DNA of 64,000 bases, taken from an uncultured Candidatus Actinomarina sp. (GTDB lineage: Bacteria; Actinomycetota; Acidimicrobiia; Actinomarinales; Actinomarinaceae). This document shows, piece after piece, positions 9,537-18,929 of this stretch. The DNA lies in NCBI GenBank assembly GCA_902510995.1, contig CABXDL010000001.1, forward strand, positions 49,457-113,456, in the 5' to 3' direction. The notes beneath the pieces were generated by a model. That model saw only the letters and a program-made list of their open reading frames with translations, ran no database searches and was not told the origin of the DNA. Each line of letters opens with the position of its first letter. Position 1 is the first letter of the stretch. The position numbers were made by a program, and so were the translations under genes.

Positions 9537-10192
9537 TTTGACACCATGTTTATAACAATTGCTGATACATTATCTTTTGGTTTTTGTAACAAAGCCTCTC
9601 CAACTAGAGTATCTGCACCTACACCTTCTTGTAACTTTTTCTTTAAATATTCTTCTCCAAACTCATTGTAAAGACCATCTGTGCAAAGAAAAACAACATC
9701 ACCCTCACTTAATTGAAAATCTACTTTTTGAATATCTAATTTATCTTTAGTTCCAAGAGCTTGTTCTAGAACATTTTGATAGCCAGGGACATTTTGGTCT
9801 TCTGTAAGTTTTACCATAATTCTATTTGAAAGAACATAGCACCTACTATCTCCAACATGCCCTACTTGCATCAAGCCGTTAGCATCAATAATTAGAGCTG
9901 TCATTGTAGTCCCCATACCATTAGAATTTGAGTTATCTTTTTGATATTTAGCAATTTCATTGTTGGCATTATTAATTATTTTAAAAACATCATTTTCTTC
10001 TGTATCCATTGAATCTGTAGCAATTTTACTTGCAACCTCTCCTTTTACGTGACCACCTAATCCATCACATATTGCAGCCTTAAATGGCAAATCTTTTCTT
10101 CCAGATTTTTGAGGAAAGATAGAATCTTCATTTCTTTCTCTATTAGGACCACACTCACTCCTAACAGACCATATAATCTTTAAATTATTCAT
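9533..10192 (-). CDS. PP2C-family Ser/Thr phosphatase (PstP-like, soluble)
   Basis: DGxGG and TDG motifs. It overlaps the pknB start. Confidence 0.85.
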   Translation of the reverse strand: MNNLKIIWSVRSECGPNRERNEDSIFPQKSGRKDLPFKAAICDGLGGHVKGEVASKIATDSMDTEENDVFKIINNANNEIAKYQKDNSNSNGMGTTMTALIIDANGLMQVGHVGDSRCYVLSNRIMVKLTEDQNVPGYQNVLEQALGTKDKLDIQKVDFQLSEGDVVFLCTDGLYNEFGEEYLKKKLQEGVGADTLVGEALLQKPKDNVSAIVINMVSK

Positions 10193-10273
10193 TCATTAGT
10201 AATCTTAGTTGTGAAATACATTTGTTTTCTTAGACTATATAAAGTAGAAAAAAATAGAAAATAGTATTAAATT

Positions 10274-11263
10274 ATGAAAAATTTTAATAAATTCTTTAGA
10301 AGGATTACCACGGTTATCCTAAGTGCCTTATTAGGTATTTATGGTATTCAGTTTTATGAAAATTACACTTATTCTTCAAACTTAAATTCTTTTCTCGAAG
10401 ATGCTGCAGTCGTTTCGAACCTTCATAAGCAAGCTTCACAAAACTTTTCTTCAATATTAGATTTCGATGAAATCAATAGAGAGGAATTTGAAAGTACATT
10501 AAATCAAGTTGTCAATAATGCGCAAGAGGCTTACAACCTAGTATCTAATTTGGAAACTTCATTCTCAAGTAAAGAGAGAGACTTATTAGAAATATCAGTT
10601 ACTTCATGGTTAAAAGGTTTGGAAACATTTCAAGTTTCTATGGTTACATTAATTGACAGTAAATACTCGCAAGAGATCGATGAGTCTATAGCAGAGAGCA
10701 TTGTAGATCTTGCTATAGGAGATAAAGCATATAAAGATTTTATTATTCTTATTTCTGAAAAAAGCCAAGAAGACAATATTTTCTTACCAGAATTTTATCC
10801 TATTGAATATACAGAGCTAGAGTCAGGTGCGTATAAGTTTGCTGAGATAATAGTAGAGCGAGCTAGACAAAGCTCAACAGGGTTATTTTTGAGAAAAGAT
10901 CTTGCTATAACAGGAGTGGATTTTCTTCCAAGTCCAATAACTTTAACTGAGGATGATCACAATGTTTTACTTAATGAGCCTACAACCATCCAAGTTGTTA
11001 TTGCAAATGAGGGAAATGTGGAGGAATTTGAGATTGTTATATTAATTTTAGTTTCTGATGAATATGGAGAGTCAATCTATGAGAAAAGAGCTAAAATTAA
11101 CTCAATTAAACCATTAGAAAGCAGAAGTTACTTTACGGACCCAATAGATATTGAACCCGGTGTTTTACACGAATGGTTTATTAAAATTGAAGAGATAGAA
11201 AATGAAGAAGAACTTGATGATAATTTATTCACAGTTACTGGTTTTATTCCGCCAGAGGGTTAG
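10274..11263 (+). CDS. Hypothetical membrane-anchored acidic protein
   Basis: N-terminal TM helix followed by an acidic extracytoplasmic region. No family recognised. Confidence 0.4.
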   Translation: MKNFNKFFRRITTVILSALLGIYGIQFYENYTYSSNLNSFLEDAAVVSNLHKQASQNFSSILDFDEINREEFESTLNQVVNNAQEAYNLVSNLETSFSSKERDLLEISVTSWLKGLETFQVSMVTLIDSKYSQEIDESIAESIVDLAIGDKAYKDFIILISEKSQEDNIFLPEFYPIEYTELESGAYKFAEIIVERARQSSTGLFLRKDLAITGVDFLPSPITLTEDDHNVLLNEPTTIQVVIANEGNVEEFEIVILILVSDEYGESIYEKRAKINSIKPLESRSYFTDPIDIEPGVLHEWFIKIEEIENEEELDDNLFTVTGFIPPEG

Positions 11264-11267
11264 TTAA

Positions 11268-12518
11268 ATGTTAGATTCACAAATATTAAAGAATAATCTT
11301 GAGGAATTTAATGAAAATTTGAAGAAGAGAGATATCTCTATTGATGTGAGTCTCTTAATAGATCTTGATGAAAATAGGAGAAAGGCGAAATTTGAAGCTG
11401 AGCAGATAAGAGCTGAGCAAAATAAATTAGGCAAAGAGATTGCAAAAGCTGACAAAAATGAAAAACAGGAACTTTTAAAAAAAGCATCAGAGTTAAGTAA
11501 TAATTTCAAGAGTTTATCGGAAAAAGCAGAAGAAGAAGAAGAAAAGTTTTTAGACCTATGGATAAAAATACCAAATATTATTGATGCTTCTTCTCCTGTT
11601 GGTTCCACAGATGAAGACAATAAAGAAATTAAAAAAATTGGAGAGGTTAAAGAATTTAAGAATCTAAGGGATCATTTAGAGATCGGAGAGACATTAGGTC
11701 TAATTAACGTTGAAAAAGCTGCAGAAGTTTCTGGTTCACGCTTTTCATACATTTTTGGTGACTTAGTAAAGATTGAATTCAACTTAGTTTCTTATGTTAT
11801 GAATAAGCTTTCTGATAACGGCTTCCTTCCAACAGTTCCCCCAGTTTTAGTTAGAGAAAATGCACTATATGGTACAGGATTTTTTCCTGATGATGCAGAG
11901 CAGGTATATAAAATACAAAATGACGAACTATACCTTGTCGGTACATCAGAGGTATCTTTAGCTGCCTTACACGGTGATGAAATACTAGAATTTGATTCAT
12001 TACCATTAAGGTATGCTGGTTTTTCAACATGTTTTAGAAGAGAAGCAGGAACTTATGGTAAAGACACAACAGGAATATTTCGAGTTCATCAGTTTGATAA
12101 AGTGGAAATGTTTTCTTTTTGTGATCCAGAGAAATCAAAAGAAGAGCACGAATATCTTCTAACTGTTGAAGAAGAGATATTAAACGATTTAGAAATACCA
12201 TACAGGGTTGTAGATGTCTGTTCAGGCGATTTAGGAGCTTCTGCGGCAAAAAAATATGATATAGAAGCTTGGATGCCTAGCCAAAACAACTATAGGGAAG
12301 TAACCTCTTGTTCTAACACAACAGACTATCAAGCTAGAAGGCTAAATATTAGGACAAAAAAAGACAAGGATACATCACTAATTCACACCTTGAATGGAAC
12401 AGCATTGGCAGTTGGAAGAATCTTGATAGCGTTAATTGAAAATAATCAACAAGAAGATGGTTCTGTAGAGTTCTCAGACGAACTTTCTAAGTTAACAGGT
12501 GTAAAAAAACTAAGCTAA
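11268..12518 (+). CDS. serS: Seryl-tRNA synthetase
   Basis: N-terminal coiled-coil arm plus class II aaRS core motifs. 416 aa. Confidence 0.9.
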   Translation: MLDSQILKNNLEEFNENLKKRDISIDVSLLIDLDENRRKAKFEAEQIRAEQNKLGKEIAKADKNEKQELLKKASELSNNFKSLSEKAEEEEEKFLDLWIKIPNIIDASSPVGSTDEDNKEIKKIGEVKEFKNLRDHLEIGETLGLINVEKAAEVSGSRFSYIFGDLVKIEFNLVSYVMNKLSDNGFLPTVPPVLVRENALYGTGFFPDDAEQVYKIQNDELYLVGTSEVSLAALHGDEILEFDSLPLRYAGFSTCFRREAGTYGKDTTGIFRVHQFDKVEMFSFCDPEKSKEEHEYLLTVEEEILNDLEIPYRVVDVCSGDLGASAAKKYDIEAWMPSQNNYREVTSCSNTTDYQARRLNIRTKKDKDTSLIHTLNGTALAVGRILIALIENNQQEDGSVEFSDELSKLTGVKKLS

Positions 12519-13061
12519 CAATAAGCTTGCAATCATACTCATCCCAAGAATGATATAAACGACTCTTTCAATTTTCTTATTTTGCATTAAGAATTTTTGT
12601 AAATTCTCTCCAAGAAATAGCCAAGTGATAACACAAGGCCCCCCAACAATTAAATAAATTAGATTTGCTTGAAGGTGGGATATATCAAAAGCAGTTAGTC
12701 CAGAAACCGCCATAACAACACCCTTTGGATTAACCCATTGAAATAAAGCAGCTTGAAAAAAAGTAAAAGGCTTCTCGTTTTCAGATATCTCTTTATCAGA
12801 TGTTTTTGTTGTTGCTACTTTATAGGCTATAAAAGTTATAACTGCATATCCAATATATTTGAAATTATCAAGTACAACATCTGGAACAAATGTTAATAAA
12901 TTACCACCAAGAAAAAATAAAAAGTTAAACCCAAGCCAAATTCCAAAAAAATGAGGAAGAGATGCTTTTCTTCCAAATCTTATACCAGATGCCATAAGCA
13001 TAGAGTTATTCGGTCCAGGAGTTATAGAAGTAACAAATGCAAAAATACCAAATTCGAGCAT
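12510..13061 (-). CDS. LysE/RhtB-family amino-acid exporter
   Basis: Six TM helices and an N-terminal LysE-type sequence pattern. Confidence 0.65.
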   Translation of the reverse strand: MLEFGIFAFVTSITPGPNNSMLMASGIRFGRKASLPHFFGIWLGFNFLFFLGGNLLTFVPDVVLDNFKYIGYAVITFIAYKVATTKTSDKEISENEKPFTFFQAALFQWVNPKGVVMAVSGLTAFDISHLQANLIYLIVGGPCVITWLFLGENLQKFLMQNKKIERVVYIILGMSMIASLLLA

Positions 13062-13098
13062 TTGGTTATATTAACATCAACATAGGAAAAGTTAAAAA

Positions 13099-13557
13099 AT
13101 GAAATATATATCAGATGAAGACAAGATGAAAGTAGCTCTTGATGAAGCAAGAAAAGCTCTTGATATTGATGAAGTTCCAGTAGGTGCAGCAATATTTGAT
13201 AAAAACGATAATTTAATTTGTGCAAATCACAATAGAAGAGAATTAGACCAAAACCCAATTTCTCATGCGGAGATACTAGTTTTAGAAGAAGCTTCACAAA
13301 TCTTAGGCACTTGGAGACTTGAAGAGACAACAATAGCAGTAACTTTAGAACCAGATGCTATGTGTGCTGGTGCTATTTCCTTATCGAGAGTTAAAAAATT
13401 AATATATGGAGCTCAAAACGAAAAGGCCGGTGCAGCTTTTTCATTATATAACATACCTCAAGACCCAAGATTAAATCATTTTGTTGAGATAAAAGATAAT
13501 ATTCTTACGCATGAATCTGAAGATATATTATCCTCTTTCTTTGACAGTAAGAGATAA
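13099..13557 (+). CDS. tadA: tRNA-specific adenosine deaminase
   Basis: Zinc ligands in HAE and PCxMCAGA motifs. Confidence 0.85.
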   Translation: MKYISDEDKMKVALDEARKALDIDEVPVGAAIFDKNDNLICANHNRRELDQNPISHAEILVLEEASQILGTWRLEETTIAVTLEPDAMCAGAISLSRVKKLIYGAQNEKAGAAFSLYNIPQDPRLNHFVEIKDNILTHESEDILSSFFDSKR

Positions 13558-13584
13558 CTAAAATAGAGTCTAAGATTTTTTTTC

Positions 13585-13673
13585 GGAGGGATCGCATAGT
13601 CTGGCCTAGTGCGCACGCTTGGAAAGCGTGTAAGGGTTTATCCCCTTCGAGGGTTCGAATCCCTCTCCCTCCG
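13585..13673 (+). tRNA. tRNA-Ser (anticodon GGA)
   Basis: Long variable arm. Anticodon loop UUGGAAA. Acceptor GGAGGGA/UCCCUCC. Confidence 0.8.
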
Positions 13674-13692
13674 CAAAAAATAATACCTTTTA

Positions 13693-13778
13693 GGAGGGAT
13701 GGCCGAGCGGACGAAGGCGATAGTCTTGAAAACTATTGTATGTATTCCATACCGTGGGTTCGAATCCCACTCCCTCCG
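13693..13778 (+). tRNA. tRNA-Ser (anticodon TGA)
   Basis: Long variable arm. Anticodon loop CUUGAAA. Confidence 0.8.
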
Positions 13779-13785
13779 CAAACTT

Positions 13786-13877
<92 letters not shown>

Positions 13878-13878
13878 A

Positions 13879-13952
13879 GCGCCTGTAGCTTAACTGGATA
13901 GAGCATCTGATTACGGATCAGAAGGTTGGGGGTTCGACTCCCTCCGGGCGCG
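13879..13952 (+). tRNA. tRNA-Arg (anticodon ACG)
   Basis: UAGCUUAACUGGAUAGAGC D-arm and anticodon loop UUACGGA. This is the TadA substrate. Confidence 0.8.
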
Positions 13953-13961
13953 CTTTTATTA

Positions 13962-14621
13962 CTAGTAGCTCCAAAGAGGTTCTTCAAGATTCCAGTCTGG
14001 TGAATTTCCCCATTTATTCAAATATGTAACTTCATCAACAGGATTTCTTTCAGCTACTCCCCATTTACCTAATGGATATCCTGCAGTTATAACGGCATTA
14101 AGAGTCCAGCCTTTATCTTCTGGAACTTCAAGTATTTCAAAAGCTTCTTTTTGTTTAAAAGACATGACGGTTGTTAAACAAGTACCTATACCATGTGCTC
14201 TCCCAGCTAACATTAAATTCCATATAGCTGGAAATATTGATGAACCAGTTGGATCATTTCTGGAAAAAACAAGAAAATGTGCAGGAACTTTATGAAAATT
14301 TTCTGCTAACCATCCTGCAGACTTACTTATTCGTATAACCTGATTAGCTTTTTTATCATCTCCAACCTCTGAGGCACCAAGATCGGGTTTTCCTCCATAG
14401 AATTCTTTCATATAATATTCCCAGGTTTCCCTATATATATCGCCTAATTGTTTTCTTGTCTCTTGATCAGTGACAACAAGGAATTTCCAACCTTGTCTAT
14501 TAGATCCGCTAGGTGCTCTTATTGCAGCATCGACCATAGTTTTAATTATTTCATCAGGTATAGGGTCTTCTTTAACCCTTCGCATTGCTCTCGTTGTATA
14601 AAGAGCTTCAAAAACATCCAT
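13962..14621 (-). CDS. Nitroreductase-family oxidoreductase
   Basis: The N-terminus has the R-x-x-R...PSGSNRQ nitroreductase signature. Confidence 0.75.
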   Translation of the reverse strand: MDVFEALYTTRAMRRVKEDPIPDEIIKTMVDAAIRAPSGSNRQGWKFLVVTDQETRKQLGDIYRETWEYYMKEFYGGKPDLGASEVGDDKKANQVIRISKSAGWLAENFHKVPAHFLVFSRNDPTGSSIFPAIWNLMLAGRAHGIGTCLTTVMSFKQKEAFEILEVPEDKGWTLNAVITAGYPLGKWGVAERNPVDEVTYLNKWGNSPDWNLEEPLWSY

Positions 14622-14655
14622 TTTGTTATTTTAGTAAGATAGAATTTAGGTAATC

Positions 14656-15471
14656 ATGAATAAAAAAATATTTTCAGAAGTAAAAGACAATATAGGAATA
14701 ATTTGGCTAAATCGTCCAGAGAAAAAAAATGCTTTAAATGATGAATTATGGTTTGGTTTACCAAAGCTAGTTAAAGAATTAGATGACAACGAGGATGTGA
14801 GGGTAATTATTTTGGCAGCCAAAGGAGATACATTCTCTGCTGGTATAGATATAAATTTACTTGTAGAAGCCTTTGATTTAAATGAAGACTTAAGAACTAA
14901 CGCAGAAGAAAGATTAGAGATAATGGAAATAACAAAAAAATTCCAAGATGCGTTTACTACTGTTGCAAAAACGAAAAAGCCAACAATTGCTGCTATCCAA
15001 GGTTATAGCATTGGAGGTGCAACGAATTTAGTTGCATCGTGTGATATTAGACTTTCAGCAAAAGATGCTGAATTTTCAATTGGTGAATCGAAACTAGGCT
15101 TAGTCGCAGACGTAGGAGCCTTACAGAGGATGCCAAAAATTATATCTAAAGGTTTGCTGAGGGAGCTTGCTTATACTGGAAGAACTTTTGATGCAGAATA
15201 TGCAAAGGAAATTGGATTTGTAAATCATATTTATGACACACATGAAGAGTTAATAAAAGGAGCAATGGACCTTGCTAAAGAGATAGCTTCGAATTCGCCA
15301 TTAGTTGTTAATGGAGTAAAAATGATTCTTGATAAAGGAGAAGAACTAACTGCAGATCAATCTTTAGACTTAGTAAGAATGTGGAGCACTTCTTTCCTAG
15401 TTTCTGAAGACTTAAAAGAGGGTATTTTTGCCTTGATGGAAAAGAGAGAACCTAAGTTTAAGGGTAAGTAA
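14656..15471 (+). CDS. Enoyl-CoA hydratase/isomerase (crotonase) family protein
   Basis: Crotonase-fold motifs (AAxxGxxxSAGxDI...GGA). Confidence 0.8.
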   Translation: MNKKIFSEVKDNIGIIWLNRPEKKNALNDELWFGLPKLVKELDDNEDVRVIILAAKGDTFSAGIDINLLVEAFDLNEDLRTNAEERLEIMEITKKFQDAFTTVAKTKKPTIAAIQGYSIGGATNLVASCDIRLSAKDAEFSIGESKLGLVADVGALQRMPKIISKGLLRELAYTGRTFDAEYAKEIGFVNHIYDTHEELIKGAMDLAKEIASNSPLVVNGVKMILDKGEELTADQSLDLVRMWSTSFLVSEDLKEGIFALMEKREPKFKGK

Positions 15472-16449
15472 TTATAATTTGCTAAACTCTTTTAAAGCAA
15501 ACCTGTCGGTCATACCTGCTACATAGTCAACGGCATTTTGCAAGTCTGTTTGGTCAGTTCTGTATTGTTCAGGTAGTAAATCTGGATTTTTCTCAAAACT
15601 TGAAACAAGTTTCTCAACGACTTCTTTAGCTTCACCCCTTTCTTTAATTGTTTCTTCTCTCAAATAAACTTTTTCAAACATGAAATCTCTTAATTCATTC
15701 ATGCATTCTAAAATTTCACTATCCATATCTATTCCTGTATTAGTAGAAGCTTTAAAAACTCCCGAAATTAAATTATTTATCCACTGTTTTCCTGGAGAAC
15801 CCAATATCTTAGTTATTTTTTTAGGTATATCATTTTTATTTAAAATACCTGCTCTAATTGCATCCTCTACATCATGTGTTAAATAGGCAATCCTGTCAGA
15901 GAACCTGCAGACCATACCCTCAGGTGTTTCCGGCGATTCTTCATATTTCCAAGGGTGGAATTTTATTCCATTTAAAGTTTCATAAGAAAGATTTAAAGGC
16001 TCTATTTGTTTAAATATTTTTACAGAGTTTTCAGAGTGACTCCATCCATCTTCGAGTATCTCCGCTAGTGCATCTTCTCCTGTATGACCAAAAGGAGAGT
16101 GTCCTACGTCATGACCTAAACATATTGCTTCCGTAAGGTCAGGATTAAGTCCAAGAGTTCTTGCTATAGATCTTCCAATTTGAGTTACCTGTAGTGTGTG
16201 TGACATTCTTGTAATAAAATGATCACCATCAGGATTGATAAAAACTTGAGTTTTGTGTTTTAATCTACGAAATGCTTTTGAATGAATAATTCTATCCCTA
16301 TCTCTTTCGAAGACAGTTCTAAATAAATCAGGTTCTTCATTTATTTCTCTTCCTTTCGAGTTATTAGCAAAAGTTGCATTAGAAGATAAAGTAACTCTTT
16401 CATTAGCTTCTCTCCAGTTACGGTCTCTTAATATAAATGAATCATTCAC
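15472..16449 (-). CDS. dgt: dGTP triphosphohydrolase-like HD-domain protein
   Basis: HD motif (GHDVGHSPFGH) and a dGTPase-family N-terminal region. Confidence 0.8.
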   Translation of the reverse strand: MNDSFILRDRNWREANERVTLSSNATFANNSKGREINEEPDLFRTVFERDRDRIIHSKAFRRLKHKTQVFINPDGDHFITRMSHTLQVTQIGRSIARTLGLNPDLTEAICLGHDVGHSPFGHTGEDALAEILEDGWSHSENSVKIFKQIEPLNLSYETLNGIKFHPWKYEESPETPEGMVCRFSDRIAYLTHDVEDAIRAGILNKNDIPKKITKILGSPGKQWINNLISGVFKASTNTGIDMDSEILECMNELRDFMFEKVYLREETIKERGEAKEVVEKLVSSFEKNPDLLPEQYRTDQTDLQNAVDYVAGMTDRFALKEFSKL

Positions 16450-16465
16450 ATTTTTACCTTAAACA

Positions 16466-17011
16466 CTAAAAGCTATTTAATAAAGGGATTAATTCACTCC
16501 AATGATGGATATCAAAAACACCATCAAGTGGCTTATTGTAACTCCTAACGTATCTAATTATTTTTTTCTCAGGAGCTTTTTCTTTGAAATTTTCTAACTG
16601 ATAAGGCGCATCATCTATATATACTTCACAATCAACAGTCCACTTATCTTCAATAAAGTGTATTTCTTTAGTTGGAATTTTATTTTCTCCTAGCCAGATT
16701 AAAGTATCATGAATTGACCACCAGGGTTTAGAGGAAAGGATAACAATTTCGTGTCCGGATTTAGAAAGCTCATTTAATGTTTCAACAGAATCTTTATAAA
16801 CTTCTAAGTTTCTAAAGATGGATGAACCATTAATATCTTTTGCCCATTCCCAAAAATCTAAATCTTCCTTAAAGTGGGTTAAGGGTGTTGATAAACCCCA
16901 GCCTGTAATATCCTCTTCTAAGATTTTTTTGCCGAACTCTTCTTCGTAATATTTTGTCCAGCCTTTAGTGAAGTTTGCAACGACCCCATCTAAATCTACT
17001 CCTATTCTCAT
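16466..17011 (-). CDS. 5'(3')-deoxyribonucleotidase (NT5C-like HAD hydrolase)
   Basis: The DLDGV HAD motif I sits directly after Met18 (MRIGVDLDGVVANF), so the start was moved there. Confidence 0.55.
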   Translation of the reverse strand: MRIGVDLDGVVANFTKGWTKYYEEEFGKKILEEDITGWGLSTPLTHFKEDLDFWEWAKDINGSSIFRNLEVYKDSVETLNELSKSGHEIVILSSKPWWSIHDTLIWLGENKIPTKEIHFIEDKWTVDCEVYIDDAPYQLENFKEKAPEKKIIRYVRSYNKPLDGVFDIHHWSELIPLLNSF

Positions 17012-17070
17012 TTGACTAAGTTTAATTCTTAGGTGCACTATAGAGAAGGAACCTATTACCATTTAATAAT

Positions 17071-18591
17071 ATGAAACAAGCATTTTATAGAAAATATAGA
17101 CCAATAAAGCTATCAGAACTAGTTGGTCAAGAAGAAGCAGTTTCTTTAATTAGCAATCAAATTGAGAAGGAAAACCTAGGTCATGCGTATCTCTTTTCAG
17201 GGCCTAGAGGAGTAGGTAAAACATCTTTAGCAAGAATTATTGCATTGCAGTTAGGTTGCGATCCAATATTTGACATATCAGAGATAGATGCAGCATCACA
17301 TAATAAAGTCGATGACATAAGAGAGATGAATGAGAGTGTAAATTTTATTGCTAGTAGCCCCGGAAAGAAAAGAGTATTTATTTTAGACGAAGTTCATATG
17401 CTCTCGAATGCAGCATCTAATGCTTTTCTTAAAACGTTAGAAGAACCACCAGAACATATAATCTTTATACTCGCTACCACTGAACCAGAAAGAGTTTTGG
17501 AAACAATAAAAAGCAGAACTACGCAGATAGTCTTTAAAAAAATCACAGAAGATGAAATTATTAAAACCCTAAAACAAATAGGAAAAAAAGAAAAAATAAC
17601 TCTAGATGGTGAAATAATAAAAATGATTGCAAATTCATCAGATGGTTCCCTCAGGGATGCAATAAACCTCTTCGAACAAGCATATAATACATTTGGTGAA
17701 AAAGCATCTACAGACGAACTGTTTAGCTTACTCGGTCAGTTAAGTAGTAAAGATTTTGCAACAATAATCAACGCTGTAGAAACACAAGATACTGGAGCTG
17801 TCCTTAGTGTAATAAGAGAAGCATATTCAAAAGGCTTACAACCAAATGATATTGTTGACTCTGTATCAGCATTTTTTAGAAACCTATTTTATCTTAAATA
17901 CTTACCTGATGACAATAAATTAAGTTCACTTACACCAAATTTAAAAAAGCTTCTTGAGGAAGCTAATAAGAAAATATCTGCAAAACAGTTAGTTAGAATT
18001 CTCGATTTGATAGATGAAATAAATAGTGTTATTTCAATAACATCTTCTGCCCACCTAAAGTTGGAATTATTTATGATGAAAATAATAAAACCAGAGCTAG
18101 GTTCGGATGTTAAATCAATAGGATATAGAGTTGATTTATTGGAAGGTAAATTAACTGGAGCTGTACAGCCAAAAAAAGAAGAAAACCCTGTATTGGAAGT
18201 CAAAGAAGAAAAAGTAAAAGTAGAAAAGCCAAAAAAAAATATAAAAAAAACAAATACAGAGTCACTTGAAAATTTCGATGTATATTGGCCAAAGATTTTA
18301 GAAGAATTAAGAGAGAAGCTATCTTCAAGAAAATTTTCGTATCTAACTGCTGTAAAACCAGAAGTAGAGAGCAATGACACTATCAACTTATTTGTTGATA
18401 AAGACAATGAGTTTCTTTTAAAGGAGCTTCAGAAGTCACAAGAAGTACTTGATTTAGTAATTTCTGAAGTTGAAAAAAGAATGGGAATAGAAGTAAGTAT
18501 TAAAATATTATTAAGTGAAAAATCTAAAGTAGGAGAATCTAAAGGCTTGGATGCTGCCCAAGAAGTATTCGAAGTAGAAGATCTAAATTAG
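17071..18591 (+). CDS. dnaX: DNA polymerase III subunit tau/gamma
   Basis: AAA+ clamp-loader motifs (GPRGVGKTS, SRT box) and a Lys/Glu-rich linker. Confidence 0.9.
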   Translation: MKQAFYRKYRPIKLSELVGQEEAVSLISNQIEKENLGHAYLFSGPRGVGKTSLARIIALQLGCDPIFDISEIDAASHNKVDDIREMNESVNFIASSPGKKRVFILDEVHMLSNAASNAFLKTLEEPPEHIIFILATTEPERVLETIKSRTTQIVFKKITEDEIIKTLKQIGKKEKITLDGEIIKMIANSSDGSLRDAINLFEQAYNTFGEKASTDELFSLLGQLSSKDFATIINAVETQDTGAVLSVIREAYSKGLQPNDIVDSVSAFFRNLFYLKYLPDDNKLSSLTPNLKKLLEEANKKISAKQLVRILDLIDEINSVISITSSAHLKLELFMMKIIKPELGSDVKSIGYRVDLLEGKLTGAVQPKKEENPVLEVKEEKVKVEKPKKNIKKTNTESLENFDVYWPKILEELREKLSSRKFSYLTAVKPEVESNDTINLFVDKDNEFLLKELQKSQEVLDLVISEVEKRMGIEVSIKILLSEKSKVGESKGLDAAQEVFEVEDLN

Positions 18592-18929
18592 CTATCCTTT
18601 AGGTTTAATTCGCTTAAAGCTATAGTGATTCTTCTGGAACCTTGGTTTTGTGCGCTTTTACATAATTCTATAAAACTTCTTAGTTCTCCAGTTCTAAATT
18701 TTTTTAGTTCATCACCAGTTTGAATAGAGCCGCTCCTCTCTCTTTCAAGCAGTTTAATTTCTATTTCTTTAGCTCTAGCTAAGTAAGTACTACTAACTTC
18801 AAACAATGTATCAACTCCATCAGAAATAGGTGGATTAATATGTCCCATAAGAACATCTATATATTCATCTATTTCCTCATGGAGATCTTTAGCGTCAGAT
18901 AACCCTTTTTTAAGTGGAAATTTCTGCAC
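18588..18929 (-). CDS. Hypothetical protein
   Basis: Coding-like ORF, translationally coupled downstream of murJ. No family recognised. Confidence 0.4.
   Translation of the reverse strand: MQKFPLKKGLSDAKDLHEEIDEYIDVLMGHINPPISDGVDTLFEVSSTYLARAKEIEIKLLERERSGSIQTGDELKKFRTGELRSFIELCKSAQNQGSRRITIALSELNLKDS

Noticed and set aside
17889-18407. 172-aa antisense ORF inside dnaX, and similar antisense ORFs in dnaK (50308..50682, 50995..51417), serS, copA and the Fe-S gene
   Set aside because: They have low-complexity translations and are fully embedded in conserved genes on the other strand.
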